Notes under the pieces: model-generated
The model's input: only the letters and a program-made list of their open reading frames with translations
Told to the model about the DNA's origin: nothing
The model's database searches: none
Assembly: GCA_030141605.1 (NCBI GenBank)
Contig: JAQGDQ010000528.1
Span: 62,001 to 126,000, forward strand
Source of the DNA: Tubiluchus corallicola
Lineage: Eukaryota; Animalia; Priapulida
DNA length: 64,000 nt
Direction: 5' to 3'
Part shown: positions 57,401 to 64,000 of the stretch, piece by piece
How positions within the stretch are numbered: position 1 is the stretch's first letter
How the letters are laid out: every line of letters starts with the position of its first letter
Translations under genes and position numbers: made by a program

Positions 57401-58933
57401 AGACATAAATGAAGAGATGGTCAACAACAGGAATGCGCGGAGAAGACTCATTCACAACGGCGACCCCGAATAGGGAAAAGCTGGGAAGAAGAAGAAATGG
57501 TGATGAATCAGCGCTATACAGTTCATAGGCAGTACACTTTTAAAGGAAAATTGGACCCAATCTTAAAGCATAGCTCAAAACAATGGACCCAGTAAATTAC
57601 TGACGTGGAACGTGCAATTTTTAAAGAATAACCTACGCCAAAGAATAATTACCGCACAAACCTAATTTCGTCTAAGTAAGGCTAGTTCATTGCGGTTACA
57701 TGCATGGGCTTTAACGCCTGCGACTCGGAACGTCTTGTACAAAAAAAGGTGCTGTACCTGTCAGTTCAGATTTAGTCCTGTTGTGACGCAGCGTTGTATA
57801 TTGGGATTGTTAAGCGTAATTGCATTAATTCCACAGTTATTGAATTCTTGGATTAGGTAACAGTTATTGCACAACCTATACTCTTGAAATAGCTTATGGG
57901 TTTTTCTGCCACGGTATTTGCTTTGATATCTTATTTGTTCTATGGGTTTTGTATATTTCAATAAAGTATTAACTAATGAACTGTTCGTACTTTTGCATAA
58001 ATATTTATGTAAATGCATGGCTCGTGAAGTTTTGTCCACCAAATTTGTGACGTCATTACTAGCTAGGCTGCCAAGCTTTTAATAAAGTTTTAAACCTATC
58101 ATTTAGTTATCTAAAACATAATGGTTTTATTATAGGTGTTAATATAATTTACCGTTTGTCGTAGTTTTAAAGGAAGCAAGATGATTTTTCATGTCCAACT
58201 CCATTTTCAACTACTTTTTGAATGAACTGGTTTTTGAGTTACAGTATGTATCGCTTTACTTAATTTTGCTCGTTTTTTATCCGATTTTATAATTTGATCT
58301 TCTCGGAACAATAAACAGCTTCAAAGCTTATGGGATTGATCATTGATGATGATTGACTGAGAATTTTACCAGTAATCAGGTACACACCTAGACATAGGTA
58401 ACTTGCAGCCTTAAGCTGCATGCACATGTAACGTTACACTAATTCACTGATTCACAGTTTACAAACAATTGAAGTAAGCTACCTTACCTGCTTCCACGCA
58501 GTCTTGGGAAAAATGGGAAAGTTCGGCCGGAGATATGGCTATTGGCCATGCGCATTCTACGTTTCCCTCTATGTTACTGTCTTCTTTCAACCATCTCAGG
58601 TTACAATCACATATCATTCTGTTACCTGAAAAAGATAAAATAGATACTTGTTTATTTCAAAAGAACATGACACACTCTTTCTCTCTCTCCCTCTGTATAT
58701 GTATATATATATATATATATACAGTTTATATATAGTTCCGAGATGGCACGTTTTTAAAGAAATGTTTGGCCCATTCTTAAAGCATAGCTCAGAACAATCT
58801 ACAACATAAATTATTGAAGGGAACTTACAAGTTTTAATGAATATCCTACGCCAAATAATAATTACGTCAGAAACCTAAATTCATCTCCGTGGGGATAGTT
58901 CTTCGATGTTACCTGCATGGGCACTAACGTCCT

Positions 58934-59015
<82 letters not shown>

Positions 59016-59038
59016 TGATAATAATAATAATAATAATA

Positions 59039-59106
<68 letters not shown>

Positions 59107-61039
59107 AATAATAATAATAAATATATATATGCTATATATATGCTATACATTTCATGCCATCTGGAGATGAATTTTATGACCTAAGGATTATAGTATTATC
59201 AAAAATCAGATGCATAATCTATAGATCACAACGTTTCGAGATTTCTTGATCACTTTCTCACACATACCTTACCAACCGTAAGATAACTAAGACCAAACAG
59301 CTTGCAGTGTCATGAGGTCAAAATGATGATTTAAATTAATCCATGAAAATTTGAAATTATAAAAACACTGAACTGCACTGCACTGCGCTGGTAAAATTCA
59401 CATAAACTGAATTCACATCCACATACACATTAAGCAAGTGTAACTGTAAAGGAGTCAAAATATAGATATCTGTTGGCAGATTGCCAAATCTTGCTTTTTT
59501 GTGAAATGGAACGAATTATTATATAATTAGCCCCTAAAATTTATTTAGCTTTGAATAACTGACCCTGTATATATGTATTTACTCTTGCAATTTTTGTTTC
59601 GTTGTATTTAATTTCATTTTAGTACTGTATTTGTATTTTATATGATCTCAGTAACAACAGTAATAAATTTGAACTAAAATGAATTGAATTAGGATTCATT
59701 GATTATTAGCTTGACACTGGTGAGAAAAACACAGATTTAAAATGAAAGATACAATAAAACAAAGTAAAAATGAACATGAGCTCTGTACAAGTTGTGACAC
59801 ACAAATTTTTCACTCTTTTACAGTCACGTTTTGTATTACGTCAATTTCTGAAAGTTACAAATTTTCAATTATATTCCATTGAAAATTTATATTCTCTTTT
59901 TAGGTGATTTCAGCTGTCCATTGCTGTGTTTTAAACTTTATTTTCATCTAGTAGTTCACATTATCATCTTGATCTTATCATATTGTAAATTATTTGTTTT
60001 GATTATATTGTACTTGTAAGAAGTTTAATACAATTCTAGGTAAAAAGTTGCAGACAAAAATGACACGGAAAAAATAAATAGCCTTAACAGTCTAACAGTA
60101 ACTCTAACCCTATATACAATGCCATGTTTATAAATAATGTTGTCATATCATATATTGCCAGTTAATGAAAGATTTAAAAAAATTTTCTGTTACCTATAAT
60201 TACCTTAATTGTTTGTTGTACTTGAATAAATTATGATTGACTTGAATATTTTTGTTTAATTACCTGACTTTCTTTCCTAACCAAAATTATGTCATTTCTT
60301 CTACCATAAATTAATGGTAACTCCCGTGACTCCGTTACCGTTTACCTTAATATCACGCCTTTGTAAACTTGTGACTATCTATAGTTAGTTAGAAGAATCG
60401 TAAGAAACAGGATTTACCAGAAAGATTAATTCTGATGGAGTTGCTACCATCGCGGCGAAAGTCAGGTTTTTTCAAGTGATGTATGCTGCAATAAGTTACG
60501 GTAAGATCTGCTAATTTTGGTTGAGCAGATAAGTCCAACTCTAGTTCCGTCAACTTCTGATTTCTATTTATAAATATTTCACGAAGAGAGCTTAGTTGAT
60601 GGAATGCTTTTTTATGAATGCTTGTAAGCCAGAAATTAAAACTAATTTCCACTTTCTGCACGTCACCATATATAGAATTTTCTCCAAGCAATTCTAGTTT
60701 CGTTGTACTTATCTTTAGCACTGATGGAGACACGCCTTCCAAAAATCTTTCTGGCAACGTTTTGCCTCTGTAATAAGCAACTGAAAGAATTGCTATTGAT
60801 CCTGCTGTTCTGTTAAGTTGTGAGGTCCAGTCTAGTATCTTTTGTTTAGTTGCATACAGACAATGAACATCACACTTATTTTGGAACAAGTCAGTAACTG
60901 GCTTTATGTAAGTGCATTTTATGGCTCTGTCATCACGAGCTATAACTTTATGCTCACAAAGCTCCGCATTCCAGGGTACTTGTGATCTACATCCAGCAAT
61001 GGCGGATAAAACATAAACAGAAACGAAAATTACTTTCAT
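45379..61039 (-). CDS. Gene B: paralog SP-LRR-LRRCT-Ig(V-like)-2xEGF-S/T linker-TM-short tail (~540 aa; 3' end uncertain)
   Basis: Exons 60418-61039, 58488-58625, 56581-56973, 54679-54792, 53087-53200, 52163-52231, 50691-50789 join in frame by phase-1 introns; tail exons 47490-47513 and 45379-45425 are tentative. Confidence 0.8.
45675..46602. repeat. 18-bp minisatellite (GAGCATGATCATAGATCT consensus), ~51 copies
   Basis: Direct reading; unit contains palindromes ATGATCAT and AGATCT. Confidence 0.96.
47490..47513 (-). CDS. Gene B candidate cytoplasmic micro-exon (24 nt)
   Basis: cgtttag|(T)AEGSEWS|gtaatt; its end resembles AEFS of gene A exon 11715-11759. Confidence 0.5.
48497..49682. repeat. 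27-bp minisatellite (CATAGTGCCAAGCCACCAAATGCTTTA), ~44 copies
   Basis: Direct reading; head-to-tail units without spacers. Confidence 0.97.
50691..50789 (-). CDS. Gene B transmembrane exon
   Basis: tttttag|(E)[32 protein letters not shown]|gtgagt; aligns with the gene A TM exon (LP.L..SL, KRW). Confidence 0.86.
52163..52231 (-). CDS. Gene B Ser/Thr-rich linker exon (69 nt)
   Basis: ttgttacag|(T)[22 protein letters not shown]|gtaaac, phase 1-1. Confidence 0.72.
53087..53200 (-). CDS. Gene B EGF exon 2
   Basis: [38 protein letters not shown]|gtaagt. Confidence 0.92.
53935..53992. repeat. 10-bp tandem repeat (ACGAAGCCGC/T)
   Basis: About 5 copies. Confidence 0.85.
54279..54590. mobile_element. 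Foldback-type MITE with internal ~20-bp subrepeats
   Basis: Ends tataggttttgcaagtcaaatgtagac / gtctacatttgacatgtaaaacctata are inverted; aagtcaaatgtagac-like units switch orientation near 54415. Confidence 0.78.
54679..54792 (-). CDS. Gene B EGF exon 1
   Basis: [38 protein letters not shown]|gtacgt. Confidence 0.92.
55260..56160 (+). mobile_element. Decayed, internally deleted LINE (RT core and C-terminus)
   Basis: [18 protein letters not shown] (GVPQGSxLGPLLF motif); [13 protein letters not shown]; C-terminal [13 protein letters not shown] zinc-knuckle-like segment. Confidence 0.75.
56581..56973 (-). CDS. Gene B exon 3, atypical V-set-like Ig domain
   Basis: 393 nt, phase 1-1; [11 protein letters not shown] ... 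FYGWR ... [15 protein letters not shown] ... AFLTV. Confidence 0.82.
57054..57494 (+). mobile_element. 5'-truncated RTE-like LINE insertion with target-site duplication
   Basis: [47 protein letters not shown]; (GAA)n tail; 14-bp TSD AAATGGTGATGAAT at 57040-57053 and 57495-57508. Confidence 0.85.
58488..58625 (-). CDS. Gene B exon 2, LRR C-terminal cap
   Basis: (G)[45 protein letters not shown]|gtaagg. Confidence 0.9.
58936..59120. repeat. (AAT)/(AAC) compound microsatellite
   Basis: Direct reading. Confidence 0.96.
60418..61039 (-). CDS. Gene B exon 1, signal peptide + N-cap + LRRs
   Basis: [19 protein letters not shown] signal peptide; [26 protein letters not shown]; colinear with gene A exon 1 (one-codon indel); donor G|gtaaat. 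Confidence 0.9.
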
Positions 61040-62530
61040 GATTCTAATGAACCAACAAATCACCAAACCCAATTCAAATCAGTAGAGCAACAGCAATAAT
61101 CAGTAATTACATGTTGCTGATTATTGCACTCCGTTTTCAACGCATTGTCATCATTATATCACAATAACTGTTCCAAAAGAGACAATTTACACTTTACTAA
61201 CATTCTATGCAAAAAATCAATCATTCGTGTCTTTACGTTATTAATTGTGACGTGCTAATAATAATTCGCGTTCTAGTGATTATTATGACAAAATAATAAT
61301 GACATATAAGTTCGTTGGAGTAGCTACAGTGTATAAGCAAACTTTGTGGCTGATACTTCACCAAATTTCGTATAAAGAATGTTTTATAAACGCAGTTGAA
61401 TTGAGATTAATTCGTCTAAGGAAAACTAGCAATGAACATGTTACAGTTTTCAGCGTTCTTCCAAAGCTGCAGAGCTCAGTTCTGTAAACTTACTGGAATT
61501 GATTCGTTGTATTGGAATTGAGCTGCTGCTGGCTACAATATTCTTTAAAATATTTGAAATTAAATTTCGTTACTTCGCCATTAATTCACGATGGTTTCCA
61601 TTCGCTTGGGACGACCAGCTAAGCTCCACCAGCTAAGCTCATTTTTTCCATCATAGGCACAATATTTTTCCCTCTCTTCTCATGTTTGTTTTCCTAAGCT
61701 TGGGAAATTTATTTTGCGTTATTTTCTAAATAAGTAAAAATGTATAATCAGCATCTCATGCAAGCTCTACTTTGCTTTTACATACTGACCTGTGACTACT
61801 ACAGTGTAGACGTTGGAAAAATGCAACAAGAACTTGGCGTAAATTTGAGCCATCTTTCCTCGGATAAGCTGCTGTACCGAGCTAAATTTTATGGCCGATC
61901 ATGGCCACATGTATAGAGTGTTTCATAAGTGTCTTTCGTGTTTGATTGGTTGGGTTGTGCCGTGTCTTTGCTTTTTGTCGCTGTTTTTTTAGTTTATCGT
62001 TTAAAAATAGTTAATAATTTTATAAATCCTCAATGCGTTTTAGCTCTTCAAAATATTCTCTGTTTTATTTCTTTCTCTATATGACCTGTGTTTACTTCAC
62101 ATTAAATTGGTTCTTAAAACGGTTTTAAGAAAGTACAGATTCTAATTTATATAAACATAATACACTTGTGTTTATAAGCTGCTATTATTATGTGCCCTGT
62201 TGTAAGATTATTTGTTTACATTGTAAGATATATAAATTATATTAATGCCAATTTGTGTTGTAAGGAAGTATTTTCACTGCAAGGTGACATTCATCTGTGC
62301 CTCTGGAATTATTTTTGAACTGGTCCTTATTTTTGAACATTTGGTCAAGTATAATCACAGCTTGGCATTAGTTAGAGGATGAATAGTGACAGAGTTACAT
62401 AACTAATGTTTTCTGTCACTTGTTTTTGTATCATACGGTCTGTAAGTTTACAATTTATCTGTATTTGTCTTCTTTGCTTCTCATTAATGTTGATTTTTGT
62501 AATTTTTATACACTGTGTTTTTATTTAGGT

Positions 62531-63015
62531 CAGTGGTTTCCAATCTTTTCTGCACGGTGACCCCATTTCCAGGACCCTGCATCATATCGTGACCCCACGA
62601 AGAACATAATCACATGTTATGCTATTAAACGTTATTATCGTTCATTTATTAATTTTAACTTACTATTCAACAAATTATTGAACAATGAGTGATTGTTTCA
62701 TTTATTCATTCATGTGAAGGTTGCACCTGTTTCTCAGTGACCAGTATTGCAATGCAATAGGTATCCCAGGTAAAATGAATAGCGACACACTTTTGGGCGG
62801 TGGGTACAGCATGGAACTACGTGCATTTTCTTTTTTCCAGAAAATTAAGCACTGGTATAAACCATTTAAAGCGGGAAAACCCAGTTTCACTTTCCAGAAC
62901 AAAATCCAGGAGAGACTGAGGAAACAAAATCTAGTTACATACTTTTCAAGAAAACAGCAATTGGACTAGCCCGTGCCCCAAGAAAAGTGTTTGGCGACCC
63001 CAAGGTGGATCACTG
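62531..63015 (-). mobile_element. Degenerate hAT (Charlie-like) non-autonomous element
   Basis: Ends CAGTGGTTTCCAA / GGATCACTG with subterminal GACCCC motifs; FWKVKLGFPAL...LRNRCNL resembles the hAT dimerisation domain; no clean 8-bp TSD. Confidence 0.5.
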
Positions 63016-63583
63016 CGTGAATATAACCACGACTGGTAGAAACATTGTAGATACTTGTGCTTAAATAAAAGTCATGTGTTTTCCTAAGCGAGCCTTGGCC
63101 TTTATTTTCCAGTTCACAAATAAGGAGATGTTATATAGTCTTGATTTGCGCTTCACACACGGTGCCAAGGAAGCCAAGGAATTGTGTGAAGAATCAGGCT
63201 TAAAAGTCTAAGCTTAACCTTTTGCTCTTGTGTATCTGGCAACATGTTTGTAAAAGTTTTTCATATATTACAATTTAGTACATTTTACAAAGACATACCA
63301 ATTTACAAACACGATCGCCAATAAATTTTCAGTTTTAACTGTATTTTTTTGCAGACAGTGGAGAACATTTGCAACATATGATGACATTTTTAGGAAAAAA
63401 AGTCTGAAGACAAGAAATCTGTTGTAATAGAATCTCATGGATTAGATTCAACAGTTCTCTTTTCCTTTATCTTTTATCTTTATCTTTATCCGCTTTATCT
63501 TTTCAATCACAGAATCGAATCTCTTTTGCGTAGATTCAACCTGTTTCTTCTACGTTTTCGATCACTGAATCATGCGGCGTAGA

Positions 63584-63780
63584 TTAGAATTCTTCCTTCC
63601 CCTCTCTGTTTTCAATCACCGAACCAGTCAACTCAATAGGGTTTTTTTGTAACTGGACTTTGAATGCTTCATCAGTGATTGGGGCAGAAATCTCTTCTTC
63701 ACAGAAAACCTGCTCTTTTGATGGCTCTGCTTCCTGCAAAGATGCAGCGTCATGCTGTGAAAATAAGGTTGCCATTGTAC
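63584..63780 (-). CDS. Probable terminal coding exon of an upstream gene (acidic), remainder outside the window
   Basis: tttttag|(x)TMATLFSQHDAASLQEAEPSKEQVFCEEEISAPITDEAFKVQLQKNPIELTGSVIENREGKEEF-TAA, phase-1 acceptor, coding-like composition. Confidence 0.55.
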
Positions 63781-64000
63781 CTAAAAATGTGAAAGTTACC
63801 ATTAATGACTATCTGAATATGTGGAAGCTGTAAGAGCTATTCAGGTCATTCAGTAAATGTTTGTATATCAATGTATATCAATCTTGTATACAAAACACAT
63901 AAACATTGAAATGGATTTTTGTCTCACTTGAACAATCAAGATTTGGAGTGCGTATATATTAGGAAAGACAAGGAATTTTTGGCAACTTTTGTAAACTTAT

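Overview
AT-rich, microsatellite- and transposon-rich eukaryotic DNA with spliceosomal genes, most consistent with an invertebrate animal; I cannot name the taxon. The main content is two tandem paralogous minus-strand genes that the ORF track largely misses because their exons are short. Both encode signal peptide - LRR domain - LRRCT - atypical V-like Ig domain - Notch-type EGF repeats - short linker - transmembrane helix - short tail with no recognisable signalling domain. Gene A (39805->11197, 23 coding exons, about 1077 aa) has 16 EGF exons, five of them encoding an identical peptide inside a recent ~1.3 kb exon+intron tandem array. Gene B (from 61039; 3' end uncertain, near 45379) has only 2 EGF exons. 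Every intron I could place with confidence is phase 1. A terminal exon at 63584-63780 may belong to a third copy. The window also holds a GT-A glycosyltransferase with an intronless CDS (4919-5944, +), an inverted LTR-PBS-LTR hairpin, MITEs, decayed LINE/SINE/Penelope-like remnants, two large minisatellites and many compound microsatellites. Exon models were read by eye from splice signals, frame and paralog comparison; no transcript or database evidence was available.
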